Source: the human T2T-CHM13v2.0 reference genome, Homo sapiens | Assembly: GCF_009914755.1 (NCBI RefSeq) | Contig: NC_060937.1 | Length of the DNA stretch: 64,000 nt | Direction: 5' to 3' (one strand) | In this document: positions 18,743 to 34,388 of the stretch, in pieces | Layout: each line of letters opens with the position of its first letter | How positions within the stretch are numbered: the first letter of the stretch is position 1 | Translations under genes and position numbers: made by a program | Notes under the pieces: generated by a model | Told to the model about the DNA's origin: nothing | Databases searched by the model: none | What the model saw: the letters and a program-made list of their open reading frames with translations, nothing else

Positions 18743-18838
18743 TCACTGACTTTAGGAAAGAAGGTGGTTTTAGAAAGACTAAGGTACCTAATATAGAAAA
18801 GGAAAGAGTGCAGATGAACCATGGTTCCTTTTTTGTAG

Positions 18839-18919
18839 GAAAGATTGTACTATTTTGGAGAACGGCGAACAGATAAAACCAATGGCACTAAATATCAGGG
18901 AGTAGAAACTCCTTCTCAG
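18839..18919 (+). pseudogene. TPTE2-like exon: [27 protein letters not shown] (TI/gating loop)
   Basis: ttttgtag|GAAAGATTG...CCTTCTCAG|gtaagt; 81 nt, open. Confidence 0.95.
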
Positions 18920-19348
18920 GTAAGTTTTCGTTTTAAGAAAGGGAGCTTTTGTAGGGGAGTGGGTTAAGATTGCCATCTGTTATTTGGTTTCATTTTAGAC
19001 TCTTCTCCTTTGGTGATCAGTCAGCAGCATTAGGGCACCCTGCGACAGGCCTTGGTCCCTCCCTGATGCTAAGGGTCATGCTTCAGGTGCCACCCACACG
19101 TTGGGGGGTCTGGCTTCTCCTCAGAGCATCCTGCTTTCTATTCTATACTGGTTATTGTTTACGGAGCTCAGGAGTTGATTATTTTCCCAAAGCAGGAAAG
19201 TCCAATACCTAAGGCTCCAGGACCCTGAAGTTTATCTAAAATCACCAGCCTTTGATTTCAATGTAAAAAAGATCTAAGTCTTTCACAGATCCTTATTAGG
19301 GCAATTCAACCCTTGCAGAACATCACAAAGACTGTTTTTGGGTGACTC

Positions 19349-19350
<2 letters not shown>

Positions 19351-19395
<45 letters not shown>
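19351..19395. repeat. (GT)n microsatellite
   Basis: About 22 GT units. Confidence 0.95.
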
Positions 19396-19396
<1 letters not shown>

Positions 19397-21557
19397 TGGG
19401 GGAGGTGTATTTTAAAAGAGAAAGAAAAGGGGAAATAAACTTTTCAAAAACCCTTTTATATACCAGACAGTACTGCACTTTTACATATCTCATTGAAAAC
19501 CCATAACACCTATATGAAACATATGCTGTTACTCTGTTTTTTCTTTTAAAAATAATTTCGTTATGGAAAACTTTAATCATATACAAAAGTCCAGAGAATC
19601 ATACAATATATCTCCATGTAGTCATCACTTCGCTGCAACAATCATTTCAGCCTGCAACTGGCCACGTTTCATCCATACTTTTCCCACTCCACTCACACCC
19701 CCAACCCCACTCTCCACTCTTGCTTTCCCCAAACCTGGATTATTTGGAAGGAAATTTCAGTCATCAGATCATTTTATCCCACAAGTATTTTAGTATGACA
19801 TCTAAGTACTCTTAAAACAACAACAAAAAACCCTTAATAACTTTTATCATATCTGAAATATTACACCTTAAAAATCCTTAATATCAAATTTCTAGTCCAT
19901 GTTTGTTTCCAAAATTGTCTTAAAATCTTTGAAAATTTAGTTTGTTTCAGTCAGAATTCAAACAACATCCACACATTTCATTTGGTCGCTATGTCTCCTA
20001 AGTCTCTTTTAGTTCATAGATTTCTTGCCATTTTTTATTGCTTGTAATTTGTTTACTGCAGAAACCAGAATGTTTATCGTATAGCATTTACAACATTCTA
20101 GACTTTGCTGAACCATTCTAAGAGTTTTACATTCACTATCTCATTTAATATTCTCAGTAACTCTATGAGTAGGCACTACTATGATTCTCATCTTATAAAT
20201 TAGAAAATTGAGGTTCAGAGAAATTAACTTTTGAACCAAGGACTGAAATCTAGATGTCAGACTCTGAAGCCCATGCTGTGCACAGCTTCTCATTTATATT
20301 GCCTTTTCTATATTGCCCCTCAAACCGAAGTGAGAGTGGGTTGGGAATTCTCAAATAGATTTGGATGTGGCTGTAAATGAGTTTTTCTTTAGGTGGTGGG
20401 AACTGAATAAGTACTCTTGGCCCTGTTATAAGAACACTAACTACTGTCCCCGTTTAGTTTGGGCAAAAGAACTCAGCCTTATCCACTGATACTTTTCTCC
20501 CACACCCAAGCCAAAAACAAAACCAGACAAAGAACAGTCATAGACCCTAAGCGAAAAGGAATGTGTGGATTTACTGAAGTGCAGCCCTACTCATGCCATT
20601 TCCATGCTCAAAATCCAGAGTATGTCCCCACTGCCAGTAGCAATAAACTAAATGTTTCAACCTGGCACTCAAGATCCACAGTTTGACTTTTCCAACCTTT
20701 TCTTCCACTATGTGCATGCACACATCCCACACTCTAACACATTTAGACTGTGTGCTGTTTCCCAGCCCATGGACACTTGATTCCCTCGTGCCATTTCTCA
20801 TGCCCCTTTTCCTAGAGTCCCTTTCCCTTCCCAGCCTGAAGTAGTCTCTTGCTTTTTCAGTTCCTAAAGCCCTTTGTGTTTCTCTTAGGGATGATATCAC
20901 TTTGCATTGTTCTCTAGCTATTTGAAGTGGTGACTTCTGTTTCCCCTTTAAAGGCAAGGCCCATGGCTTACCCATCTTTCCACCCTTTCCTCATAATATC
21001 TTCTTTGTTTGTAGTGAGTACCTCCTATGGGTTGGTTGTATGAATTTCTACTACCAGTCCATGTTGTTTTAAGTTGTAGTAGAAAGAAGCATGGGAGCAA
21101 AAGCAGCTTGAGGGCCCTGGCAGGTTACAGCCTTTAGGGGAAGGTGGAGAATCTGGTGGCAGGAGCCAAGGAGATGTTAGATAGAGCTCCTTCAGCAACT
21201 CACCCCACACGTCTCCCCATCCCCATCTCTTCTGTAGTCATGCATAGTTTCCCGAACTTTAGTCCAGAACTAGCACACCAAAGGCTGCAACTGAATCTCT
21301 TCTGATTGACTGAGAAGGCAACACAGGGTCTCAGCTGCACATTTGAGAGATGTGTTGGCAAGACCTCAGGACAGAGTGCCCTCTGTGTCTGGTGGTGATT
21401 CTCGGATACCATCACATTCTGATCCTGCATTGTGGGCCATTCTACTGACTACATCTACTCCTAAGTTAAGAACTTTCATGAGCCTTCCTCATGACTGGCC
21501 CTTTCTAAAGGAAAGTATGGCAGTTTGTTACTTCTATGAACATTTCTCAATGGGTAA

Positions 21558-21975
<418 letters not shown>

Positions 21976-22543
21976 TAGGAAAAGGACAAGGCTAAGGGAA
22001 TTCCGGGGCTTCCTTGTGAAAACAGAATTGGGGAAATGGAAAGTGAAGAAATCCTAGCTGTCAGGAACAAGAGAAGAATGACAGGAAACCTGCTACTGAG
22101 ATATGGAGGTATTCCTCTTGAGTTTTCACATATGGCATTCTCTCATGCCCAGGAACCTGCTCTTCACTAAACCACACACCTTCCTCTAACTCAGTCACAA
22201 CTAAGCTTCTATCTGCACACTGCTAATGCTGTAACTGTTTTGTTGTTGGTTCTGATTAGTTGCCCTCTCAACCATAAGCAGCCTGTCAACAAGACCTGGC
22301 TCCATCCTTGTCACTTCCCCATAGCACTTAATTCAGTATTTTTTCCCCAAGGTAGATAGTTGTGAGGCAGCATCCCTCAAAATATCTAGTAACATAATGG
22401 CATCCAGTAAATGTTTCCTTAATTATTTACTGCCCTTAACCTTTATGCAAAAAAAAAAAAAAAAAAAAGGGAAAACTGAAAATAGGAATGCTGACTTCAG
22501 GCTTTTCATCTCCACTTAAAGTAAGGCTTCTGTTGCTTTTCAG

Positions 22544-22649
22544 AATAGATATGTTGGATATTTTGCACAAGTGAAACATAGCTACAACTGGAATCTCCCT
22601 CCAAGAAAAACACTGTTTATAAAAAGATTAGTTATTTATTCGATTCATG
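22544..22649 (+). pseudogene. TPTE2-like exon: [35 protein letters not shown](G)
   Basis: ttttcag|AATAGATAT...ATTCATG|gtaagt; 106 nt; overlaps ORF 22571..22780. Confidence 0.95.
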
Positions 22650-24347
22650 GTAAGTGTTTATGTAAAATTGAAGAATTGGGCAGGAGGGCCAAGGTTCCCA
22701 CTCTGGGAGGGTTTTGCTCATTGTTATATACACAGATGATCCTAACTTATACCTGTCTTTTTACGTATCCTCATGCATAAACTCCTCCTTAGGTATGCCC
22801 CTCCTCCTGGAATTGCCCATTGATTGCCAGCCCTTAGATGTTCTTCACTTTTTCTTTTCCATCACCAATTTGGAGGACTTCATCCCCTTCCCATCTCTCC
22901 TGTTCTCTTTGCTCTTCTGGTCACAACCCAAGGTGGACTTTTCAGGGCAGAGTGAGCCTCTGATGAGGGAGGAGGAGGTCCCATGTGCCTTCAAGACTGG
23001 TTATTTCTCAAACCACCTCTAGTTGAGAGTTTGTCTTGGTGGAGGTGTCTCCATATCATATCATTTTCTTACCTTCTTTCAGAGGCATATTTTTTTCTCA
23101 TCCCCCTGGGCTCTCTCTTTCCCCTCTGTCCTCCATCTGTAACCCTCTCACTCCCAGCCACTCCCATACCTTGTGGCTCTCACTCCCAGCCACAGTGCTG
23201 GGGGTCAAGAAGAGCCTCCTAGGAGGAGCGCTTAGGTCTTCCCTGCCTGAATCTACATGAAAATGGAAAGGGTTGCGAGAGAGTGGGGCTCTATGGAGGT
23301 ATCTTTCACCCACCTAGCTGTTACCGAGTATTAGCAGTTGTAAAAATCCATATAAACATCATGAGAGCTATTTGCCTGCTTCCAGAATGTAAGCAGAGAG
23401 ATAAAGCTGGGATGCACTGTTGCCCAGGGACGCAGGCAAATTGGTCAGTCGTACACCTTCGGGACTTGAGAAAGAAAGTGCAGAGAGAAACTGGCCTCCA
23501 TTTCCATGTCCATTTCTCCATCACCAACCTTGCTTCCCCTGCACAGCTTAACACTCAGTAGAGGTGGGAAAGCAGGATGTGTCTGTGTAGAGGGGATGGG
23601 GTCTCACCACTCCCACTGCCAGAGAGGTAGCAGGGAGGTGATGCATCTGAACCCCTAAAGGAAACCTCTTATAACAGCCAGCGTGTGGACCTGAGGTGGT
23701 GCCACTGCTGGGTGTTATAGGTGCCATGGTGCCGGGGTGCTTGTGTCCACACAGAGAGCCTAGTATTTTTAGCCTCCTGAGTTTCGTTCTGCATTTCACT
23801 GATTTCTGGTGGACATCAATAGAAAGAAGTTCTGCACCTGGAATGGGAAAGAGGGAACTGAGGCAAGAAACTGATTTCTAATGACCAATGAATATCATGG
23901 TGTTAGTGAAAACAAAATTAAATGAAAAGAAAACAAACGGCATATGAGATGATCAATCAAGAATAATTAATACACTTGTTTATTAGAATATTTGTTTTAA
24001 TTCTCTACTTTTAGTTTTGTGCCATTTTAAATTAAAAATAATGTAGAGTTGAGATGAAAGCAATAAAAAATTAATTGGAGCCTGAGAAACAAAGCCTTTG
24101 AGGAAATGCTAAGGAAGCGGGTCATTTGAATTGAAAAAAAAAAAGGGCAAAAGAGCCTTTGTCTGTAAATATATATTGAATACCTTGGGAATTTTTGGAT
24201 ATAACCTATATTTTTATAGAGATTGCATCAGGAACTAGACTTAAAGTAGGGCCAAAGTAATTTAGACCACAGTATTTCTTATTAAGAATCATTATGATTA
24301 GAAGTCTGAAGGAAGCAACACATTAGCAAGAAAGGTGTCAAGTCACC

Positions 24348-24728
<381 letters not shown>

Positions 24729-24816
24729 ATTTTTTTTCCCTTTTTAATCCATAATGTTAATTGGCAAGACATTTTGATCTTCACACTAACCAACCTAACT
24801 TTTTAATTTCATTTAG

Positions 24817-24908
24817 GTGTTGGAACAGGCGATGGATATGATCTAAAAGTCCAAATAGTAATGAAGAAAAAGATTGTCTTTTCCTGCACTTCCTTAAACA
24901 GTTGTCGG
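24817..24908 (+). pseudogene. TPTE2-like exon: (G)VGTGDGYDLKVQIVMKKKIVFSCTSLNSCR (C2 domain)
   Basis: catttag|GTGTTGGAACAGGCGAT...TGTCGG|gtaaga; 92 nt; second in-frame AG 12 nt downstream. Confidence 0.9.
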
Positions 24909-26639
24909 GTAAGAGAAAACATGTGAATAGAAAAAAATCTGATGTTTGTTTTAAGGCTGAATGTCAAACCAGCAATGTTGACTTCCCTAAACTATCACTT
25001 ACCATAAAGAGATTCCACGATGCTTTCTGGTTACCATCGTGGTGTCACTGGATTTGAATGCAAACCAGAGATAAATTAACCTGTTTGTTCAAAACAGTTT
25101 TTTCAGGGTACTTTCCAGAATTTATTTCTGTTCAGTGTTGCTTTGCCTTTCACTTTTCCACAAATGCTGAGCATGTTCCCAGGAATGTATTAAGGATTTT
25201 AATTTACATGTCTGGTCATTTTTAGCCATATTCTCCTCTTCTCGGTCATTTTATCTTTTATTATATAGCACTGATTCTAAAATGTTAGTGTGCATGAAAA
25301 CCACTGAGAAGCTTGTAAAGATTTACATTCCTAGGTTGTACTCTAAAGTATGATTCAGGAAATCTGGAATGGGGGCAGGAATCTATAGACTTAGCAGTGT
25401 CCCAAGTGATTCTTCTAAGTCAGAGGTTCTGTGGGATGACCCTGTGAGAAACAATGCACGAGTGAATGAATTGGGGAGGAATCTCTTTATCCAAAGCAAA
25501 AGGGACCTGGTAGTCAATGTTTTGCTACAATGAAGAAATGCCTAAAACTATATACCTTTTCTGAAACAATGAGAAAGCTTCCTTCATGGGTCTAATAACC
25601 ATAAACTTTTAGAATTCCTACCCAGGTCTTTGTCTCAAATTCTTTTATTACTAATCCTATTCCCTGGCTCTCTGCACTGCACCCACTTTTTTTGGCCTCT
25701 CCCAACTGAGGGCATTCACCCAGGCCTGATCCTTGGCTTTCTGTTCTTAGCAAATGCTTTATTCTTGGTTAAAGAATCACCCATTTCCCTTACTTAAACT
25801 ATTATTTGTTCATTTACTGACGAGGTATTTCTAGTCGCCCACTGAGTTGTAGATGCAAGAGCTGCAACATGAACAGTTTCCACTCGAACTGAAACGCAGT
25901 AGCCAGTCTGAATTATCAAGGAGCTTTCTCTGCTTCTGCAAATGGTAGCAGCATTCTCCCACTCAGGCCTTGGGCTTTGATTCTCTTTGCCTTGGCTCCC
26001 TAAATCCAGTTAGGCATCAATCCCTGTTGATGATGCCTTTGAAATGTTTCTGTGCTCGCCTTCCTTTCTGTTCTCACTGCCACTAACTGTCCAGAACCTC
26101 ATTTGCTCATGCCTAGATTTCTACAATCCTCTCCTTACCTTTTCTTGATTCTTATATAATGCAATGTATAGAATCCTGAAATATGCGTACTGAAATATTG
26201 CTCTCATTGTGAAAAGTTGTAGGTAGAGCAGAAGACACACTGCATGCCCATGGTCGAAGCCAGTTAACATCTTTGGCTTAACATCCTTACCTGTAAAATA
26301 AATATCACACCTCAAGTGTTATGGGAATTAAATTAGATAATATATATATGAAGTTGCTTTGTAAACTATAAATCACTAACTAAATGTTATATGTGATAAT
26401 TATCAGGCCTCTTTGTCACATAGGAAATATCCCACGATATTCTTCAAAAGCCTCACTCTTATTTCCTTGGCTCTTGAACTCTTAAGATATAATAGCCCTA
26501 ACATACCTGAGCTTATTTTTATCAGTAGCTCGACCAGCAGACTCCATTCCAAATAAACTGGGTCATCCCCTTTGGCTCTTGGAACACAACTCTAAGTTAT
26601 TTAGTTAGTTAGTTGGTTATTTCTTTCTTTTCTTCCTTC

Positions 26640-27422
<783 letters not shown>

Positions 27423-28006
27423 TCTGCGATTGTTTCTTATGTGTATAGCTCCCTGAAGGGACCAACTGAGTCTGCACCTCCTTTTGTGTTTTTCACAGGG
27501 CCTAGCATAGATCCTTCTTACTGTGGGTGCCATTATTTATACGAGAGTGAGTCAAAGAAATAGTATATCTTCAAAGTCATTCATTCCAAAACTTGAACTA
27601 TCTTTGGTCACTCCATCTGCAGCCGGTAATGGTCAAGTCCAAAGATCCCACTGACAAACACAAGAGTTCTGATAAAACACGATGATCGGGGGACCCCACC
27701 CTCCCCTCTCTTGGGAGGGGCAGGTGGGCCCACCCCCCAAGTGTTACAGACCCCTGTTGTTATTTTTTAAATTTAGTAAATAAAAGACCGTGAGTTAAGC
27801 ATTGTTTTTAGAATGTCAAGGCTAGCTTTAAAATTGAGCTTCTCAGCATGTTCTCAAAAGAGGCCCTAATGTATGAAAATCAAATGACACACATTAAATA
27901 ACAATATTTAACTGATTAAAGTGTCTAATAGAAAATTCAATAGTTTTGAAAAGGGAGACACTTTTGAAAAGTGCCTCATGATAACCCTCAAACATGTTGG
28001 CCTTTA

Positions 28007-28423
<417 letters not shown>

Positions 28424-28567
28424 TTATTAATAATTATTTATACATGTAGTGATTGGTCTGTGAGACCAAAAGTACTTGATAAATATAGGAAGTCTTGATA
28501 AGTGAAAAGGAACTTCATTGTTATCATTAGCTAGGTTTATAGTTCTAAATTCCATGTTCATTCACAG

Positions 28568-28660
28568 GTATTTCATGACACTGAAACAGACAGGGTAATA
28601 ATTGATGTGTTCAACTGTCCACCTCTGTATGATGATGTGAAAGTGCAAGCTTCCTCTTCG
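28568..28660 (+). pseudogene. TPTE2-like exon: VFHDTETDRVIIDVFNCPPLYDDVKVQASSS
   Basis: ttcacag|GTATTTCAT...TCTTCG|gtgagt; 93 nt, open. Confidence 0.93.
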
Positions 28661-29171
28661 GTGAGTAATCAAGAAACGGCCTCTGCCACTGTTCTTATCT
28701 GAACTTTTGAATGGTTTTATTTAAGGTTTCCTTTACTACAGTTCCCAACAAGGGAGATGATAGATGTCATCCCATAGAGGGAGGGGGAGAAAATAAATCA
28801 GATCTATAACAATTTTTTTAAAAGAACATATGTAATTTGAATAATTTTTGTTCATTTGTTTTTTCTAAATTGTACATTTTCTAAATTTTTCTAAATTTTT
28901 CTAAATTTACATGTATTAATTCACAAATCCAAAAAATAGAAAATAAATACAAAAAAAATAAAAGCCAAGATGCTAAAAAACCAAAGGTATGTTTTACTGC
29001 ATAGCAGTGATTACATTTTGTTTTGCATCATTTTTAATATTACAAATTGAGACAGGTTCTCACTCTGTCACCCCAGCTGGAGTGCAGTGGTGTGACCATA
29101 GCTAACTGCAGCTTCACCTCCTGGGCTCATGCAGTCCTCCCACCTCAGCCTCCTGAGTAGCTGGGAGCACT

Positions 29172-29700
29172 GACTTGAAAGAGAGTTAGGTTTGGGTGAC
29201 TCAGTTGGGTGAAGCACAGAGAAGGCAGCACAATACAACACATGAAATAACCAAAGCAGTTTTTTATTAATTCCAGAGAGAAGAGGGCAGCACACCTCGC
29301 AGGGCTAACTGGAAGGGGGAGCCATCCAGGAGACCTGTGCTCAACTGATGGGTGGGGAGCAATAGCGAGAACGAGGGAGGGACCTGAGAGTGGAAGCCTT
29401 TATTGGGATGTAAGGTGTTACCTGAGCAGGTTTCCTACGGGGAGGTCTAACTGGTGGATTTAATGCAAGCAGTCATGAGTTCCATGGAGTCATGCTGTGA
29501 CTGAGAGGTGGTCATTGATATATCCACATGGTCCATGCAGAGTATGGGGGTCTGTAGGGAGGTTATATCTAGCTGTCCCATAATGAAGTAGTCACCAACA
29601 GAAGGTTGTATAAGGCAGATACTGGGATCAGTCACATTGAGAAACCTGGAGGAGGTGAACTGGAAACTGTCAAGGGTGACTGAACCCTGCTTCTGATATC
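29172..29700 (-). mobile_element. ERVL-type solo LTR (MER73/MER74-like)
   Basis: Minus strand agaagcagggttcagtcacccttgacagtttccagttc...gggacagctagata...gaccacctctcagtcacagc...aataaaggcttcc. Confidence 0.65.
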
Positions 29701-30103
29701 AGAAAGTCCAATTTATATTTGAAAGGGATGCTGAGGCACAAAAAAATTGTAAGAATTCACTACAAAAATACTTGGCTATATATAAGGATAGGTCCTTAGT
29801 AGATTCTGTTTAGCACTATCTAAACCAGATTCAAATTTCAGCATTTAAATTAAATATCTATCATGGAAAATAAACTATTCCTTGAAAATTTTGATAGAAA
29901 TAGCAAGAGAAAGCAATAGCATTTTCTTAAGCCTCCTCCTCTGTGTCTTGAGTGTGTTGTTATAGAATGCAGAGTGCTACATATTGAATGGTTATAATTA
30001 TTTGATAAATATATAAAGGAATAAAGGAAGGAACTTTGATTTCTTTGGAATGATTAGTTCTTGGCATCAATTTTACTTTTAAAATATTTTTTTTTCTTTT
30101 TAG

Positions 30104-30174
30104 GATTTTCCTAAATACTATCACAACTACCCTTTTTTCTTCTGGTTTAACACATCTTTAATACAAAATAACAA
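30104..30174 (+). pseudogene. TPTE2-like exon: DFPKYYHNYPFFFWFNTSLIQNN
   Basis: tttttag|GATTTTCCT...AATAACAA|gtatgt; 71 nt, open. Confidence 0.93.
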
Positions 30175-30750
30175 GTATGTATATAATATCAACCCATAGA
30201 AACAACCTAATCTTCAATGTCTATGTATAAGATGTAATGGCAAGTCTTTTGCTGGTTGTCATAAGCTTAATTTATAGAAAACAAAAAATCCTCGAGCCAC
30301 CATTGTTCATTGTCTTACTCCTTTTACTTTGGCTATTTTAAAAATACAGTTGTTCTTGAGACCCCCGGTTGCAGCATCCTCAAGGTCCATGCCATAGGAC
30401 TGTGTTATGAGCTCAAAAGTATTATAATCAGATCTTAAGTGTGGAAGTAAATTCCTCCCAGAGAAGTTCAATATGAATCTGCTCAGTACCTTCAACATGT
30501 CAGGTCCTCAGTAGGTGCTGATTTACCAATGACGAACCACCACCAAATTTTGTGCTAAAGTAAGGGAGGACCTAGGGAAGCTTCAGCTAGCTGAAAAGCT
30601 GACTGACACACTTATATCTAAGAGAAGTTACAAGACACAGTAAGTATTAAGAAATACAGCTAAAAAATCATTAAAATTGATAGTCTCCCATTTAAACATG
30701 GGTTTCTAATAACTGAATTGGGAAAACTTTCTTAAAAACTATTAATTGGA

Positions 30751-31050
30751 GGCTGGGTGTGGTGGCTCATGCCTGTAATCCTAGCACTTTGGGAGGCTGA
30801 GGCGGGCGGATCACCTAAGGTTGGAAGTTCGAGACCAGCCTGGCCAACATGGTAAAACCCTGTCTCTACTAAAAATACAAAAATTAGCCAGGCGTGGTGG
30901 CACATGCCTGTAATCCCAGCTACTCAGGAGGCTGAGCCAGTAGAATCGCTTGAACCCAAGAGGCAGATTGCAGTGAGCCGAGATCGCACCACTACACTCC
31001 AGCCTGGGCGACAGAGTGAGACTCTGTCTAAAGAAAAAAGCAAAAAAACA
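30751..31050 (+). mobile_element. AluS
   Basis: Dimer with A-rich tail. Confidence 0.9.
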
Positions 31051-31796
31051 GAACAACTATTACTTGGATTTGGAGATTATTGTTCCCAGAAAACCTTCTG
31101 CCATATTTGGAAACTTATTTCTCAGTCTAGAAGTTCTCCACTTTAAGTAGCATTTGTTCTGTGCTGGTGAAAAACTGAGACTTTTTTGTATCAACCATAC
31201 TCTTCAATACAAAAAGAGAAAATATTTTTAAAATGCTTCAGGTCACAGTTGAGGCAGTTGCTATGATTGCATGTGGCATGAATTGGTAGTTATCGGTACA
31301 ACCAGTTCTAGTCTTTTCTTCAAATCTGAGCTGGATCTAATAACTCCTTAAGTCCAGCAAGGCAACAGTAAATTAAACCTCTGGTCTACACACTTGCAAT
31401 ACATACACATTTAATAGATTTTGATAGAGTGAACTTTGGATTGGATGGAAATTTTTTACAAATTTGTTTCTTGGATGCATACAAACAATAAGCTTTGATT
31501 CCTAACATGAGCAAAGTCCCTCAAATGTGAGAGCTGGGTGGAGCTTCATTTGTTGCTGCTCCTCAGATTGATTCTTGGTAAAGGATACAGTTTTTTTCCT
31601 TTGAAACACCATGTTCATTTTGGGGAAGGAATAAGTTAGATCACCTTTATTTTCACTTTTATATAAATTTCTAAAGATTTCTGTAATATTTAAATTTATA
31701 TACTATTGGTAAAGCTGTTTTTCTTAGTTGTGAAATTGTTGTTTAGCCAAAAATGCCAACTTCTGTCTTTTAGAACACTAGGCATAAATGGGTTAA

Positions 31797-31923
31797 CCAA
31801 TTTATGCCTAGTGTTCCATTATTGGAATGCTAAGCATGTGGGATTTATTTATATCCTACTGCTCAAGGTCATCGCCAAGGGCTGATTGCAAAAATTCAAA
31901 AAATTGCAACCTCAGGCATAAAT
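31797..31923. mobile_element. MER85 (piggyBac/PGBD3-derived MITE)
   Basis: TTAA-ccaatttatgcctagtgttccattattggaatgctaagcatgtggg...gctcaaggtcatcgccaagg...ttgcaacctcaggcataaat; matches the recalled ~140-bp consensus; right terminal GGG missing. Confidence 0.9.
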
Positions 31924-32280
31924 TAAAAGAGATATAGTATTTTATTATTGGGTTTTGATACATGTCTAATCAGACTGATTTCTGTCACATATAGAAATTT
32001 AGATACTGTATTAAACCTAGATGTCATTAATTCCATAAAAAGCAACGTTAAAAGAATCAGTAGCATGTGTTACTGATGTGTTGCTGAAGATTAAGATATT
32101 TTTAAGTCTCACCGAAAAGGTAGAAGGAGCCAACTGAGACACAAAAAAGGGGCTGAGGTTCTATTCATGGTGAGCAAGTCTTTTTTTTGTTTGTTTCTTC
32201 AAGCTCTAACAAGGGTGCCTACTACATGGCTTTTCAGTTAACTCCAAAATAAAATGTAACAATTTTTTTTCTATTCTTAG

Positions 32281-32570
32281 GCTTTATCTACAAAGAAATG
32301 AATTGGATAATCTTCATAAACAAAAAACTGGAAAATTTATCAACCAGAATATGCAGTAGAGACATATTTTGATGAGAAATGACTTAAGTTATGTTGTAAC
32401 TGGTAGCTGATTAAGTATAGTTCCCTGCACCCCTTCTGGGAAAGAATTATGTTCTTTCTAACCCTGCCACATAGTTATATGTTCTAAATCTTCCTTGCTG
32501 GTACATCTATATTGATATATGTATACACATGTTCTTTATAAATCTATTAAATATATACAGATAAAATGTC
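32281..32570 (+). pseudogene. TPTE2-like terminal exon with a -1 frameshift, plus 3'UTR
   Basis: ttcttag|G CTT TAT CTA CAA AGA AAT GAA TTG GAT AAT CTT CAT AAA CAA AAA ACT GGA...; 1 nt missing near 32328 gives TAG at 32357-32359; the shifted frame reads WKIYQPEYAVETYFDEK to TGA 32380-32382. Confidence 0.9.
32546..32551 (+). terminator. Candidate polyadenylation signal ATTAAA of the TPTE2-like transcript
   Basis: ATTAAA about 165 nt after the ancestral stop, followed by a G/T-rich tract (tgtcaggttttttttcttttt). Confidence 0.6.
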
Positions 32571-33297
32571 AGGTTTTTTTTCTTTTTGAAGGCATATATT
32601 TCACAGTTTGCATCTTGTATTTACATACATTTGGAACACAGTACTTAGGAACATTAGGCGTCATTTTGAAGAACTTTGAAATAGAACTTTCGTATCAAAA
32701 TAATTGAGAGATAATTAAAAATTGTGATCCCCCAACACCCACTTACTTATACATTTTTGGTCAGGTATTTATTCCCTGCTTTTTTTCACATTTGTAATTT
32801 CAGGTTTATTAGAAAGCTAATTTATATTTTTCCTTCTACTCGATTTACAAACTGTTAACAGATTGGCAGCAAAGACTAAGTTTTAAACCCAGAAGAGAGA
32901 AATATTTCACACAAGCAGTCCCCCAACTCCCAACACACACTTTTCTCTTGTTCCAAGCACTAAATGGGTAGCTTACTTAACAAGCTTCCTTTAATTACAC
33001 ACAGACATGGGGGTTGGGGTAAGAAGGGCGTAGTAAATATGAAGGAGAAGTAACCTTCAGTAACTTCTGCTTTTGTATAAAATTGTAAGTGAAGTCAAAA
33101 GAAATATTTGTTCTTAGAGTAATTTAGGTGTATTATTTTGAAATCCACTACTCCTGCTCACAACCAATGTCACCTAAGCCCTGGGGGAACTCTGAAGGGA
33201 GGTAATCTTTTCATTGAAAACAGTGGTTAGCCCTGTGTCCACAGGGAATCATTATTATTTCCTCATTGGTGCTGGATGCTACTTTTTTATTAAACAC

Positions 33298-34234
<937 letters not shown>

Positions 34235-34388
34235 TGAAACCACCCTACAACATCCCCAGAACCTACACTAGGGTTAGTGTCATGATAACTGCCAATGGTT
34301 AGTGTTTACCATCTCCCCCTGTACCTGAAAGGAGCCCTTAAAGCTTCATCAAAATGCAAAAGAAGGCTTACAAAAAATATTTAAGAAT

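Noticed and set aside
28855-28910. Short (TTTTCTAAAT)n repeat; similar short duplications at ~56345-56382 and ~62115-62157
   Set aside because: Simple slippage duplications without spacers; not CRISPR-like and no sign of function.
34351-34359. aaaatgcaa as TSD of the inverted L1 (also at 38121-38129)
   Set aside because: Lies about 30 bp from the left junction, only 9 bp and A-rich; likely chance.
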